A stretch of 64,000 nt of DNA, taken from positions 480,001-544,000 of the forward strand of contig JBMFNR010000001.1 of assembly GCA_049970055.1 (NCBI GenBank), written 5' to 3'. Position numbers and translations under genes: made by a program. The notes below the pieces were generated by a model, which worked only from the letters and a program-made list of their open reading frames with translations, had not been told where the DNA came from and did no database searches. Origin of the DNA: Fervidobacterium sp. (GTDB lineage: Bacteria; Thermotogota; Thermotogae; Thermotogales; Fervidobacteriaceae). This document shows positions 47,139 to 57,886 of this stretch, piece after piece; within the stretch, counting starts at the first letter, position 1, and each line of letters starts with the position of its first letter.

Positions 47139-48296
47139 ATGAAAAGATTCTTTGTACTTTTGTTATTTTTCTTGCTGCTCTTATCTACACTGGTCTTTTC
47201 GTACAAGGTAACATTTATCGTGGAAGCTCCAGGTTATACACAAGATGATGTACTGTACCTTGCCGGTGATTTCAACGGTTGGAATCCGAAGGATAGCAGA
47301 TTCACTTTGCACCGCGATGGGGAAACTTTCAAGGGTACCTTTGATATGTCTGGTAAAATAGAATTCAAAGTGACTCGCGGCTCTTGGGAAACTGTAGAAA
47401 AAGGAGAAAAAGGAGAGGAAATACCAAACAAAGTACTTGTCATCGACAAAGATATTCAGGTAAGAATCAAAGTTTACCATTGGAGGGATTTTGTGGAAAA
47501 GCAAGCTGCTGGTTTAAAGCCCACTTACACGGGTAATATTAAGCTTATCAAAGATTTCTACTCACCTGAACTTGGAAATACAAGAAATATAATTGTATAC
47601 TTACCTCCGGATTATGAAACGAATCAGGGAAGGTACCCAGTTTTATATATGCACGATGGTCAGAATATTTTCGATGAGACAACATCGTTTAGTGGCATGG
47701 AATGGAGGGCAGATGAAAGTGCCGAAGAATTAATAAACAAAGGAATAATTAAACCAATAATAATAGTTGGTATCTACAACACGGAAAACGAAAGAATAAA
47801 TGAGTATTCACCATGGGTTGACAAACTTTATGGTGGCGGGAAGGGCGATCTATACGCTGAATTCATAGTAAAAACTCTCAAACCTTTTATTGATAAAAAT
47901 TTCAGAACTCTACCAGATAGGCAGAACACTGCAATTCTTGGTTCTTCAATGGGTGGCTTGATATCACTCTACATCGGTCTAAAGTACATTGATGTGTTTT
48001 CAAAGATTGGTGTTATGAGTCCGTCTTTTTGGTTTGCTGATGAAAATATTTTTGATTTTGTAAAGCAAACCTCCGTAGAAAATAGTATTTGCATATACTT
48101 GGATGTTGGAACTATGGAAGGGTCGAATCCCGAAGAATATATTAAAGCCACGAGAAATATGTACAAACTACTTCAAGCAAAGGAAAACACAGAAGTTCTT
48201 TATATGGAGGACAGGGGAGCTATTCACTCCGAAAGTGCTTGGGCTAAGAGATTTCCAGAAGTACTTGTTTATTTCTTTTCGAAGGAAGGTAATTAG
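47139..48296 (+). CDS. secreted alpha/beta-hydrolase esterase with N-terminal carbohydrate-binding-like domain
   Basis: Signal peptide; YLAGDFNGW; YPVLYMHDGQN; GSSMGG nucleophile elbow; HSESAW. Confidence 0.82.
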   Translation: MKRFFVLLLFFLLLLSTLVFSYKVTFIVEAPGYTQDDVLYLAGDFNGWNPKDSRFTLHRDGETFKGTFDMSGKIEFKVTRGSWETVEKGEKGEEIPNKVLVIDKDIQVRIKVYHWRDFVEKQAAGLKPTYTGNIKLIKDFYSPELGNTRNIIVYLPPDYETNQGRYPVLYMHDGQNIFDETTSFSGMEWRADESAEELINKGIIKPIIIVGIYNTENERINEYSPWVDKLYGGGKGDLYAEFIVKTLKPFIDKNFRTLPDRQNTAILGSSMGGLISLYIGLKYIDVFSKIGVMSPSFWFADENIFDFVKQTSVENSICIYLDVGTMEGSNPEEYIKATRNMYKLLQAKENTEVLYMEDRGAIHSESAWAKRFPEVLVYFFSKEGN

Positions 48297-48350
48297 TGGT
48301 TGTAAGTATTGTTATTGATATAAAGACGGATTAAGACGGAGGTGGTCGCT

Positions 48351-49346
48351 GTGAGAAAGTGGATGTATATGTTTTTTGCGGTATTCTTCGCATTTGCAAC
48401 AATGCAAATTAACCTGTTTGCTTGGAGTGGGCATGAAGTTTACACATACTTTTTGGTCAAATCACTGAATATCAAGACAGATGAGTTGGTAACCATTGTC
48501 CCGTATTCTTACAAGGAAAATCGCGTCTACAATATCAAGTACTACTATACTGGTGATTTTGCAGGGCAAAGGAAGTTTTTTGACCCACTTAATAACAGTG
48601 ATTTTCCACCGGACAATCCACCTGCGGATAACAAATTGCCGGTATGGCAAATTTTGAGCATATATGCCCAATTTCCAGATTTTGGTATGGACGAGGGGCT
48701 CAATCTTTCGCCATTGCAAGCTTTAATAGGAAATAGTCAAGGCGTAAGGCACATGCGATACAAACTCGGTATAATAGAAGCTTTTGAGGGAGATGAATCA
48801 TTCTTGTATTTCGTAAACATGTCAAGACAAGCATTTGAAAAAGGAGACAAATACTGGGGATATCGGTTTTTGTCTTACGCAATACACTATATCGAAGATC
48901 TTTTCCAACCTTACCATGAAAGCCCTGGTACTTTCTGGGAAGTTTTGACAGGAATGTTCGACAAAAAGGTTATGAAGATGTTGAACAATGCACATTATAC
49001 TTACGATAATTACCTTATTTACCTTTTACTCTACTCCGTGCATAAAGATGAAATAATGCAAGTTATACAAGATACCGCTGCGAGAAAGGTATCAAATAAT
49101 TATGAAAAATTAATAAGCGAAGTTACAATGTATGGTTATTCAAAATTTAAAGAAGTACACACTGAACTGAAAAGAGCTTTCGGTGACTTACTTTACGAAA
49201 GAGTACCAGAGATTGAGGATTTCAAAAAACTTGAAAATAGTGGCGAACTAGATAAACTTTATTCGGTTACAAAAGATATAGTCATTGTCATGACAAGTAC
49301 AATAAAAGGATTCCTGGAAGATTACATTAAAAGCTATCAAAAATAA
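48351..49346 (+). CDS. secreted zinc-dependent phospholipase C / P1-nuclease-like protein
   Basis: W-x-x-H after the signal peptide; HYIEDLFQPYH; H..YD; GTG start inferred from RBS. Confidence 0.6.
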   Translation: MRKWMYMFFAVFFAFATMQINLFAWSGHEVYTYFLVKSLNIKTDELVTIVPYSYKENRVYNIKYYYTGDFAGQRKFFDPLNNSDFPPDNPPADNKLPVWQILSIYAQFPDFGMDEGLNLSPLQALIGNSQGVRHMRYKLGIIEAFEGDESFLYFVNMSRQAFEKGDKYWGYRFLSYAIHYIEDLFQPYHESPGTFWEVLTGMFDKKVMKMLNNAHYTYDNYLIYLLLYSVHKDEIMQVIQDTAARKVSNNYEKLISEVTMYGYSKFKEVHTELKRAFGDLLYERVPEIEDFKKLENSGELDKLYSVTKDIVIVMTSTIKGFLEDYIKSYQK

Positions 49347-49407
49347 GCATTCAGAAATTTTTTCAAGAAAACCCAAGAAAAATTGTAATAAGTTAATAAT
49401 TTCGAAT

Positions 49408-49441
49408 AATCGTGTGGTTTTTGAAACTACACGATTTTTTT
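49408..49441 (+). terminator. intrinsic terminator
   Basis: AATCGTGTGGTTT-TTG-AAACTACACGATT followed by a T-run. Confidence 0.6.
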
Positions 49442-49513
49442 GGTTGCATTTATAATTATTTTGTTAGTCGAATTATACTTTCTATATATTCTCACTATTT
49501 AGGAGGTGCTGTT

Positions 49514-50788
49514 ATGTGGGAGCATGTAAAACAAACTGACCCAGAAATTTATGAAGTTATACTCAAAGAGTGGGAAAGACAGGAATATGGATTAGAACTT
49601 ATTGCTTCAGAAAATTTTGTTTCCCCCGCAGTAATGGAAGCCATGGGGAGTGTATTAACAAATAAATACGCTGAGGGGTATCCGAAAAAGAGATATTACG
49701 GTGGTTGTGAGTGGGTAGATGTCGCAGAAACTCTTGCAAGGGAAAGGGCAAAGAAATTGTTTAATGCAAAATATGCAAATGTTCAACCACACTCAGGTTC
49801 CCAAGCAAATATGGGAGCTTACTTTGCCTTAGCTGAACCAGGTAGTACTCTTATGGGGATGTCTTTAAGTCATGGTGGACATTTAACGCATGGTGCAAGT
49901 GTTAATTTCTCCGGACAAATTTACAAAGTGGTTCAGTACGGAGTCAACCCACAATCTGAAATGATTGACTACGATGAGGTTAGAAAGCTTGCTCTTGAAC
50001 ATAGGCCAAAGATAATTGTCGCTGGTGGTAGTGCTTATTCAAGGATTATCGATTTTAAGAAATTCAGAGAAATAGCGGATGAAGTTGGAGCCTACTTAGT
50101 TGTCGATATGGCTCACTTTGCTGGACTTGTTGCGGCAGGTTTGTACCCAAATCCTTTGGAGTATGCCCATGTGGTGACGAGTACGACTCATAAGACATTA
50201 AGAGGGCCGCGTGGCGGACTGATCCTTACAAACGATGAGGAAATTTATAAAGCTATAAATAAAGCGATTTTCCCAGGTATACAAGGCGGACCTTTGATGC
50301 ACGTAATAGCGGCAAAAGCTGTCTGCTTCAAAGAAGCATTGACAGACGAATTCAAAGAATACCAAAAGCAGATTGTCAAAAATGCCAAAGCCCTCGCTAG
50401 AGCTCTGGAGGAAAGGGGATTAAGAATCGTGTCCGATGGTACAGATACACACTTAATGCTTGTCGACTTGAATCCACTTAATGTTACCGGAAAAGCAGCG
50501 GAAACAGCACTTGGATACTGTCATATTACAGTTAATAAAAATACCATCCCAAACGAAACACGTTCACCATTTGTTGCAAGCGGAATTAGACTTGGTACAC
50601 CAGCATTAACGACAAGAGGAATGAAAGAGGAACAAATGGAGGAAATTGCTGATCTCATCGTTACTGTCCTAAAGAACATTAAAGATGAAGAAGGTAATAT
50701 AGATGATGCTATAGCAAAGGAAGTAACTGATAGAGTTGTTCAGTTGTGTAAAGAATTTCCACTATACACTGGAAAGATCAGTCTTTAA
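49514..50788 (+). CDS. glyA: serine hydroxymethyltransferase
   Basis: [42 protein letters not shown] before ATG 49514. Confidence 0.97.
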   Translation: MWEHVKQTDPEIYEVILKEWERQEYGLELIASENFVSPAVMEAMGSVLTNKYAEGYPKKRYYGGCEWVDVAETLARERAKKLFNAKYANVQPHSGSQANMGAYFALAEPGSTLMGMSLSHGGHLTHGASVNFSGQIYKVVQYGVNPQSEMIDYDEVRKLALEHRPKIIVAGGSAYSRIIDFKKFREIADEVGAYLVVDMAHFAGLVAAGLYPNPLEYAHVVTSTTHKTLRGPRGGLILTNDEEIYKAINKAIFPGIQGGPLMHVIAAKAVCFKEALTDEFKEYQKQIVKNAKALARALEERGLRIVSDGTDTHLMLVDLNPLNVTGKAAETALGYCHITVNKNTIPNETRSPFVASGIRLGTPALTTRGMKEEQMEEIADLIVTVLKNIKDEEGNIDDAIAKEVTDRVVQLCKEFPLYTGKISL

Positions 50789-50834
50789 AGTTGGAAGTTA
50801 ATTTGTAAATTAAGTTTTAAGGGAGGTTTGAGGA

Positions 50835-52070
50835 ATGATTGTCCGTCCATTCAAAGCGTTGAGACCGATAAAGGAGATGGTTGATAAGATTGCGGCTAAA
50901 CCGTATGATGTTGTGACCGAAGAGCAAGCAAGAGCAGTCGCAAGAAATAACCCGTACACATTCTACAAGGTATCACGGCCGGAGATAAATTTTGACCATC
51001 CAGTTGATACACACGACCCAAAGGTTTTAGAAACAGGAAGAAAACATCTAGAATGGCTAAGAGATCAAGGGTTTCTTTTTGTTGAAGATAAACCTGCCTT
51101 ATACATATATCAACAGCATTGGAAAGATCACGTCCAAACAGGTGTTTTTGCAACTTTTTCCGTTGATGAGTATATCGAGAACAAGATTAAAAAGCACGAA
51201 TTAACAAGAAAGGATAAAGAAGATGAAAGAGCCTTGCATGTTAAAATTGTAAAAGCACACACAGGTCCTGTGTTTTTAATGTATAAGTCAAAACCACAGA
51301 TCGACGAATTAATAATGAGAAATGCAACTGGTACGCCTGAGTATGATTATACAGACGAGTCTGGTGTAAGACATATCGTATGGGTGTTGAAAGACGAAAG
51401 CGAGATAAAGAGAATTGTTGAAGCATTTAGGGAAGTTGACGCGTTTTACATAGCAGATGGTCACCACAGAGCAGCAGCAGCTGTAAGGGCTGCTATAGAT
51501 TTTAGAAATGAGAATCCGAATTACACAGGTGAAGAAGAATTCAATTTTTTCTTAGCAGCACTCTTTCCACATAATCAGTTGAGGATATTGGATTATAACA
51601 GAGTAGTAAAAGACCTAGACGGATTAAGTGAAGAGGATTTTCTGAAGAAGGTTTCCGAGAAATTTGAAATAACCACGGTAAATGGTATGTACAAACCGGA
51701 AATAAAACACACTATTGGAATGTATATGGATAAGAGATGGTACAAATTAGTTCCCAAAGCTGGTACATACGATGAAAACGATGTGATAGCATCCTTAGAC
51801 GTTTCGATTTTGCAAAATAATCTGCTCGCACCCATACTTGGTATTGAGGACCCAAGAACCGACAAAAGAATAGATTTCGTTGGTGGGGTACTCGGTATTG
51901 AAGAGTTGATTAAGTTAGTTGATAGTGGTTCATTCAAAGTTGCATTTGCAATGTATCCAACGTCTATAGATGATTTGCTAAAAGTTTCAGATGAAGGAAA
52001 GATTATGCCACCAAAATCGACATGGTTTGAGCCAAAGCTCAAGAGTGGAATTGTAGTTCATATTATATGA
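50835..52070 (+). CDS. DUF1015 family protein
   Basis: PYDVV, KKHELT, YIADGHHR, MPPKSTWFEPK. Confidence 0.9.
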   Translation: MIVRPFKALRPIKEMVDKIAAKPYDVVTEEQARAVARNNPYTFYKVSRPEINFDHPVDTHDPKVLETGRKHLEWLRDQGFLFVEDKPALYIYQQHWKDHVQTGVFATFSVDEYIENKIKKHELTRKDKEDERALHVKIVKAHTGPVFLMYKSKPQIDELIMRNATGTPEYDYTDESGVRHIVWVLKDESEIKRIVEAFREVDAFYIADGHHRAAAAVRAAIDFRNENPNYTGEEEFNFFLAALFPHNQLRILDYNRVVKDLDGLSEEDFLKKVSEKFEITTVNGMYKPEIKHTIGMYMDKRWYKLVPKAGTYDENDVIASLDVSILQNNLLAPILGIEDPRTDKRIDFVGGVLGIEELIKLVDSGSFKVAFAMYPTSIDDLLKVSDEGKIMPPKSTWFEPKLKSGIVVHII

Positions 52071-52093
52071 ACATAAACTTAAGTAGATTTTAG

Positions 52094-52133
52094 AAATCAA
52101 AGCTTCGGTATTTACCGAAGCTTTGATTTTTTT
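52094..52133. terminator. bidirectional terminator
   Basis: AAATCAAAGCTTCGGTA-TT-TACCGAAGCTTTGATTT. Confidence 0.8.
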
Positions 52134-52158
52134 ATAGTAAATTCATAAACACAACACT

Positions 52159-53223
52159 TTAACTTTTGCCTTTTTTCATTTCTTTCAGTGTTCTTAAAAT
52201 TGCTTTTGCACGTTTTCGACCTATTCCTTCTACTTTTTGTAGATTGTTAGCGTCACATTTTACAAGGTTGGAGATCGAATGGAAAGATTTAACCAGGTTT
52301 TGCGAAATATTCATTGGTATGTGAATTTCTCTCCTTAGTATCCTGTATCCTCTTGGACTAACGTACGTTTCTTCGACTTGTTGTTGATTATTTAATTCAT
52401 AACCAAGAGCTTTAGCAAAAGATAGTAGTTTATGTTCAAGTTTGCTCATATATTCTAAGACATTCTTCGCTTCTTCTTCACTTAACTCTTTTTTTGAGTA
52501 ATCCATTATCATCAGTAAAAGAATATCGTTCAGGTCTTTTAATACTTCTCTCAACCTTAAAGATGCTAACCTTCCCTCACTGCCAAGCTCAATAATATTT
52601 ATCGCTATCTGCGAAGAAATAGTCTTTATTTCGCCCCCTCTTATTAGTATCTCGCAAATAAAATCGAGAGGAACTTTTCCTTGAACTTCAAATTTATCTA
52701 AAAGAGATAGGCTTTTGTCAAAATCTTCTCTGAACCTCTCCAGTGCATTTATCGTCTGTCCGACTTTTGTAAGTACAAAATTTATATCTTCAAATACATA
52801 TTTTTTGTCTCTGTAATACAGTGTAACAACATTTCTTCTTTTCGAAACAGCGATAACCATGACACCGAGCTGTTTTGCCAATCTTTCAGCGGTTCTGTGC
52901 CTTGTACCAGTTTCGTTAGTTGGAATAGACGAATCTGGGACAAGATGAACGTTAGCTGCTATGATTCTGCTAAGTGATTCATCTATTACTATCGCACCAT
53001 CCATTTTGGAAAGCTCATAAAGTTTCTCTGGTGTAAATGGACAGTCAATTTTGAACCCCGATTGAAATATACCGGGTTTACCTTTCATATCTTCTTCGTT
53101 TATAAAAACTATCAAGGCACCTGTTTGCGCATTTATGATATCGTCCAAGGCCTTTCTTAATCGAGTTCCAGGTGATGCCACTTTAATTTTCTCAATAAGT
53201 TCCTGGTCGAATAGATCAGCCAT
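52159..53223 (-). CDS. disA: DNA integrity scanning diadenylate cyclase
   Basis: SPGTRLR, DGA, TGTRHRTAER, C-terminal HhH (VEGIG). Confidence 0.95.
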   Translation of the reverse strand: MADLFDQELIEKIKVASPGTRLRKALDDIINAQTGALIVFINEEDMKGKPGIFQSGFKIDCPFTPEKLYELSKMDGAIVIDESLSRIIAANVHLVPDSSIPTNETGTRHRTAERLAKQLGVMVIAVSKRRNVVTLYYRDKKYVFEDINFVLTKVGQTINALERFREDFDKSLSLLDKFEVQGKVPLDFICEILIRGGEIKTISSQIAINIIELGSEGRLASLRLREVLKDLNDILLLMIMDYSKKELSEEEAKNVLEYMSKLEHKLLSFAKALGYELNNQQQVEETYVSPRGYRILRREIHIPMNISQNLVKSFHSISNLVKCDANNLQKVEGIGRKRAKAILRTLKEMKKGKS

Positions 53224-53342
53224 AATTTTCCACTTCCCTTTAAGAAAAATTCTGGAATAGTTCACATATATTATACACGAAAATAAAAAGGTGTGTTATA
53301 ATGAAATAGCACACGCAAGTAAAACAATCAGGGGGCGTAAAG

Positions 53343-54275
53343 ATGTACGTAGTAGGAATAGACTTAGGTGGAACGTTTTTTAAAGTTGGACTTGTTGACA
53401 AAGAAAGTGGGAGAATCGTTAAAAAGATCGGGCGGGAAACAAAAGTTGATAGTGGAAAAGAAAGTGTGATAAAGCGAATGGCCGAAGCCGTAGAAGAAAT
53501 AACTGCCGGTATTGATTATATTGGTGTTGGTATTGGCTCGCCTGGATCAATTGATCACGATAAAGGTATAGTAAGGTTCTCGCCAAATTTTCCTGGGTGG
53601 GTTGATTTTGAACTTGGTGGACTTTTATCAGAGGTGTTAGGTAAACCAGTTTATTTGGAAAACGATGCGAACGCGTTTGTTCTTGGCGAAAAATGGTTTG
53701 GTGCCGGTAAGGGATTCAACCACATAGTTGCACTTACCCTTGGAACAGGCGTTGGAGGCGGAGTTATCTCTCACGGTATACTCATTACTGGGCACAACGG
53801 TATAGGAACGGAACTTGGGCATGTGATAATTGAGCCCAATGGACCACAATGTAGTTGCGGCAATTATGGGTGTCTTGAGGCGCTTGCGAGTGCATCTGCA
53901 ATAAGAAGGATGGCGCTTGAAGGTCAGAAAAAGTTTCCTGACTCGATGATCTTTAAGTTCGAAGAGATTGATGCAAAAGCTGTTTTCGATGCGGCAAGAC
54001 ATGGTGATATGCTTGGGAAAATTATCGTTGAGCGGGTAGTTAACGCACTTGCAATAGGAATAGCTAATTTCATACATATTTTCAATCCGGAGATTGTAGT
54101 CGTTGGTGGTGGTGTTTCGAGAGCAGGTGATATACTATTTGAGCCTCTTAGAGAAAAAGTAAAGCACTTGGTTATGCCATCTTTCGTTGGAACTTATGAG
54201 ATAGTGCAAAGTCCATTAGTTGAAGAAGCTGGTATATTGGGTGCAGCTTCAGTAATTCTGCAAATGGTTAATTAA
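53343..54275 (+). CDS. ROK-family sugar kinase (glucokinase-like)
   Basis: GIDLGGT, ENDANA, LGTGVGGG, ELGH, CSCGNYGCLE. Confidence 0.92.
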   Translation: MYVVGIDLGGTFFKVGLVDKESGRIVKKIGRETKVDSGKESVIKRMAEAVEEITAGIDYIGVGIGSPGSIDHDKGIVRFSPNFPGWVDFELGGLLSEVLGKPVYLENDANAFVLGEKWFGAGKGFNHIVALTLGTGVGGGVISHGILITGHNGIGTELGHVIIEPNGPQCSCGNYGCLEALASASAIRRMALEGQKKFPDSMIFKFEEIDAKAVFDAARHGDMLGKIIVERVVNALAIGIANFIHIFNPEIVVVGGGVSRAGDILFEPLREKVKHLVMPSFVGTYEIVQSPLVEEAGILGAASVILQMVN

Positions 54276-54312
54276 AGATAATTTTATCATATCCTTTATG
54301 GAGGTGTTTTTT

Positions 54313-54747
54313 ATGAGAAGGTATCTGTTTCCTATCTTGGTTTTAGTGTTAACTATCGTTGCAGTTGTTGTTAGTACAGCAGCCGACTCAAAGTCAGGCC
54401 CCAAGCTTGCGTATATTGATCCAAACAAAGTTTTGCAGAATTACGATAAGTGGATAGCGTTTCAAAAACAGATGCAGGACGAAATAAATAAATATCAAGC
54501 TGAACTTGATAAGATCAAGGATGCAAATCAAAAACAACAAAAATATCTTGAATACCAACAGACAATAAATAACAAAATATCACAAACGCAGGCTCAGATT
54601 GAAGCAGAGATATTACAAAAGGTAAGAGAATACGCGGAAGTAATGGGATACGATTTTATCTTCAACAGCACAACAATGGCCTACGGTAGTCAGGAATACA
54701 ATATCACAGATGCGTTTATAAAATACCTAAAGACTGCAAAGAAATAA
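54313..54747 (+). CDS. OmpH/Skp-like periplasmic chaperone
   Basis: Signal peptide; KLAYID, Q-rich helix, GYDFIF...NITD. Confidence 0.8.
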   Translation: MRRYLFPILVLVLTIVAVVVSTAADSKSGPKLAYIDPNKVLQNYDKWIAFQKQMQDEINKYQAELDKIKDANQKQQKYLEYQQTINNKISQTQAQIEAEILQKVREYAEVMGYDFIFNSTTMAYGSQEYNITDAFIKYLKTAKK

Positions 54748-54782
54748 TCAATAATATATAGCAACTAAAACATCAGTTGAAC

Positions 54783-55505
54783 ATGGAAGATAGAAAAGAT
54801 AAAATAGTATGCGAAAGTATATTTAAAAGGTTTGGTAGAAAAGTTGTCCTTAAGGATGTAAGTATTGAAGCTAATAATGGTGAAGTGGTAGGCTTGCTTG
54901 GTCCAAATGGATCAGGCAAGACTACTTTATTCAACATAATACTCGGTGTTGTTGTACCTAACAAAGGAAGAGTACTTTTCAATGATAAAAATATAACTAA
55001 CATGCCGATACATAAAAGAGCGCGCCTAGGTATAACTTATCTTCAGCAAGAGACATCTGTTTTCAGGGACTTAAAAACGGATGATAATATCAGACTTGTC
55101 TTGGAATTTCAAAAGCTAAAAAGAAAAGAAAGAGAGCATATGATAGAAGAAGTTTTAGGGGAATTTGGCATAGGTGATTTGAAAAAGCAATACGCTTTTT
55201 CGTTATCAGGTGGGGAAAAGAGAAGGCTCGAACTTGCGCGAATGATGGCTTTGAAGCCAAGGTTTGTGCTTCTTGACGAGCCGTTTATAGGTATTGACCC
55301 AAAAACGGTTAAAGAGATCCAAAAAATTGTACTGAGCTTAAAAGAAAGAGGAGTTGGAGTAATAATTACAGATCATTCTGTTGATGCCCTAAGACTTATT
55401 GTTGATAGGTTGTACGTTATCCATAAAGGTGAGCTACTTGCTTTTGGTACTCCCGATGAGGTATTCTCGAATGATATGGTAAAAAAAGTTTATCTTGGAG
55501 AGTGA
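54783..55505 (+). CDS. lptB: LptB-like ABC ATPase
   Basis: GLLGPNGSGKTT, PIHKRARLGI, LSGGEKRRLE, LLDEPF.GIDP, ITDH, VYLG. Confidence 0.88.
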   Translation: MEDRKDKIVCESIFKRFGRKVVLKDVSIEANNGEVVGLLGPNGSGKTTLFNIILGVVVPNKGRVLFNDKNITNMPIHKRARLGITYLQQETSVFRDLKTDDNIRLVLEFQKLKRKEREHMIEEVLGEFGIGDLKKQYAFSLSGGEKRRLELARMMALKPRFVLLDEPFIGIDPKTVKEIQKIVLSLKERGVGVIITDHSVDALRLIVDRLYVIHKGELLAFGTPDEVFSNDMVKKVYLGE

Positions 55506-56101
55506 ATAAACTAGTGCAGGTAATTATTCATTTTAAAAAGAAAGGTTTACTGAGGTTTTTGTCCGCTATAGAGACTTCAAACGCGATTATACGTACGTTG
55601 AACCGTTCAGGTTTAGACATGGAATTTTCAGAAGGGTTTCATCCATTGCCAAAGGTATCTTTTCTTGATTCGACGGCTACAGGTGTAATAGATCTTGCGT
55701 TGTACGTAATGGTAAAATTGAGAAATGAACAAAGAATTGATCATCTGATTGAAAGTATTAGAAAGAATCTTCCCAATGGACTAGAAGTACAAAATATCTT
55801 TGAAAGTGAAGTTAATTTAAATAAAATTGTCGATAAATACAAATACATGCTTTTTTTCAAAGATAAGCCAAATTTTGAAAAACCATTAAAAAAGCATTCT
55901 GGAAAAGTTTTTATACCTGCTGAAATAATAGATAACTTGACTGTAACTTTGAAAAAAGATCTCTTTGTGGTAAAATATACAATTAGCAAAGATAAAGTTT
56001 TTAATCCGTATTTGCTGGATAATATCTATTTGGCTGTTAGAACAAATGCTTTGATTAGTGGAGAAGATGTCTCTAAAATATTGGGGGGACAAATTATATG
56101 A
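55502..56101 (+). CDS. DUF2344 / radical-SAM-associated protein
   Basis: F.KKG.LRFLS, FSEGFHP.PK pattern. Confidence 0.75.
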   Translation: MNKLVQVIIHFKKKGLLRFLSAIETSNAIIRTLNRSGLDMEFSEGFHPLPKVSFLDSTATGVIDLALYVMVKLRNEQRIDHLIESIRKNLPNGLEVQNIFESEVNLNKIVDKYKYMLFFKDKPNFEKPLKKHSGKVFIPAEIIDNLTVTLKKDLFVVKYTISKDKVFNPYLLDNIYLAVRTNALISGEDVSKILGGQII

Positions 56102-56460
56102 AAGTGCTCGTTGTAGATGATTCTGATGTATTAAGAAAAATAACTGTTTACAATCTGAGAAAACTTGGAATGGATGTTGAGGAAGCGGTAGATGGTATCG
56201 ATGGCCTTGAAAAAATGAGATCATGGCATCCTGATGTTGTTATTCTTGATATCATGATGCCACGAATGGATGGTTTTACAGTTCTTAAAGAGATGAAGAA
56301 AGATGAGAGTATAAAGGATATACCTGTAATTGTACTTACCGCTAAAGGTGGTCAAAACGATGAACAGATAGCTCTTTCTCTTGGTGCCAAGCAAGTCATG
56401 ACGAAACCATTTAGTCCTGCGCAACTTGTTGAGGAGGTTAAAAACGTTGCAAGAAAGTGA
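56098..56460 (+). CDS. single-domain response regulator
   Basis: VVDD, LDIMMP, LTAK, KPF. Confidence 0.92.
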   Translation: MKVLVVDDSDVLRKITVYNLRKLGMDVEEAVDGIDGLEKMRSWHPDVVILDIMMPRMDGFTVLKEMKKDESIKDIPVIVLTAKGGQNDEQIALSLGAKQVMTKPFSPAQLVEEVKNVARK

Positions 56461-57832
56461 AAAATTGATAGAAATTGTCAACGCTTGCGAGAAGATCGCA
56501 AGAGTGTTTGACAAAAGTCTCGGATATGTCGATAATTTAGATGTACTCTCTAAAAGATTGGAAGATCTCGCTAACTATATAGAACAATGGGTTAATGATC
56601 AAAAGGCTAATAACGATGCGCTTCAACAATTGATTGAGGCACAGCTTGAAGAACTAACGGCTTCTTACGAGGGATTATCCGCGCTTTTTGAGATAAATAA
56701 GATCATATCTTCCGTTGATGAGCCTTGGATGATATTACAGAATATTTTGAAGTTGCTTAGAAATGCCGTTGATTACACGTTTGGTATAGTGAAATTAAAG
56801 GTAGATGATAAAGTTTACGTCGAAACTTACAACCCAGGCGGTACTCGTGTAGAGGAAGTGGTTCATTTCTTTGACAGTGAAGTTGAAAATCTAGCAGACA
56901 CGCTCTTTGTAGATTATGACAAAGAAAAAGGCGGATACATTCTGATACCTTTGATATCCGAACTTGGTAATTACGGGTATCTTGGTATATCGAATATGAA
57001 TTCAAAAAGGTCTTTTACAGCCGGAGATAAAAAAATCACTGAAGCGGTTGCTCATCAATTATTAACTGCCGTAAGTAGACATATAATGATGAAACGTGAG
57101 ATAGAGAAGAAAAGATTAGAAGAACAGCTCCAGATTGCTAGAAATATTCAGCAAGGACTTTTGCCAAGTAAGTTCCCTGTGAGTGAAAAGTTTGATATTA
57201 GTGCAAAAAGTATTTCGGCAGTACAAGTAGGTGGAGATTACTACGATGTCATTGAAAATAGCGACGGCTCGATAATATGTTGCATTGCTGATGTTTCAGG
57301 GAAAGGACTTCCTGCGGCGTTGATAATGTCTTCTTTTAGGAGTATGTTTCGATTATCAGGTAAAATATCCAATGATTTAGTTGTTTTAGCCTCCCAATTT
57401 GATAGTATGATACATTCAGACTTTGAAATTGGAAGATTCATAACTTCTATTATTTTTAAGATCTTTCCGAATGGGCGTACAGAAATTGTAAATGCAGGGC
57501 ATGACCCGTTGTACGTTGTAAGAGGAAATAAAATTTTAAAGATTGGTTCAACAGGGACACCGTTTGGAATATTAGGTGATGGGGTATACGAGTTAGAAGT
57601 CTTAGAAGCTGAAAAAGGTGATGTTTTTGTAGCTTTTACAGACGGAGTTGTTGAAGCTAGAAATATTCAAAATGAAGAATTTGGATTTGAAAGATTGGAC
57701 GAGATCGTGTTAAGATACAGATACTTGAAAGCTTCGGACATAGTTGATAAAATTATGAGTGCTGTTTTCGAATTCTCAAGTGGGGCGATGCAGCACGATG
57801 ATACAACTGTTCTTGTCCTGAAATACGGATGA
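56447..57832 (+). CDS. SpoIIE/RsbU-like PP2C phosphatase with GAF-like domain
   Basis: [34 protein letters not shown] start after GAGGAGG. Confidence 0.9.
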   Translation: MQESEKLIEIVNACEKIARVFDKSLGYVDNLDVLSKRLEDLANYIEQWVNDQKANNDALQQLIEAQLEELTASYEGLSALFEINKIISSVDEPWMILQNILKLLRNAVDYTFGIVKLKVDDKVYVETYNPGGTRVEEVVHFFDSEVENLADTLFVDYDKEKGGYILIPLISELGNYGYLGISNMNSKRSFTAGDKKITEAVAHQLLTAVSRHIMMKREIEKKRLEEQLQIARNIQQGLLPSKFPVSEKFDISAKSISAVQVGGDYYDVIENSDGSIICCIADVSGKGLPAALIMSSFRSMFRLSGKISNDLVVLASQFDSMIHSDFEIGRFITSIIFKIFPNGRTEIVNAGHDPLYVVRGNKILKIGSTGTPFGILGDGVYELEVLEAEKGDVFVAFTDGVVEARNIQNEEFGFERLDEIVLRYRYLKASDIVDKIMSAVFEFSSGAMQHDDTTVLVLKYG

Positions 57833-57886
57833 TCATTGTTTAAAATGGTAATATAAAGATACATAAAGAACCATGGAGGTGCTTTT

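Noticed and set aside
49412..49513. N-terminal extension of GlyA, or a glycine/ZTP riboswitch
   Set aside because: A strong RBS precedes ATG 49514. The upstream hairpin is a simple terminator of the preceding gene, and no aptamer motifs were seen.
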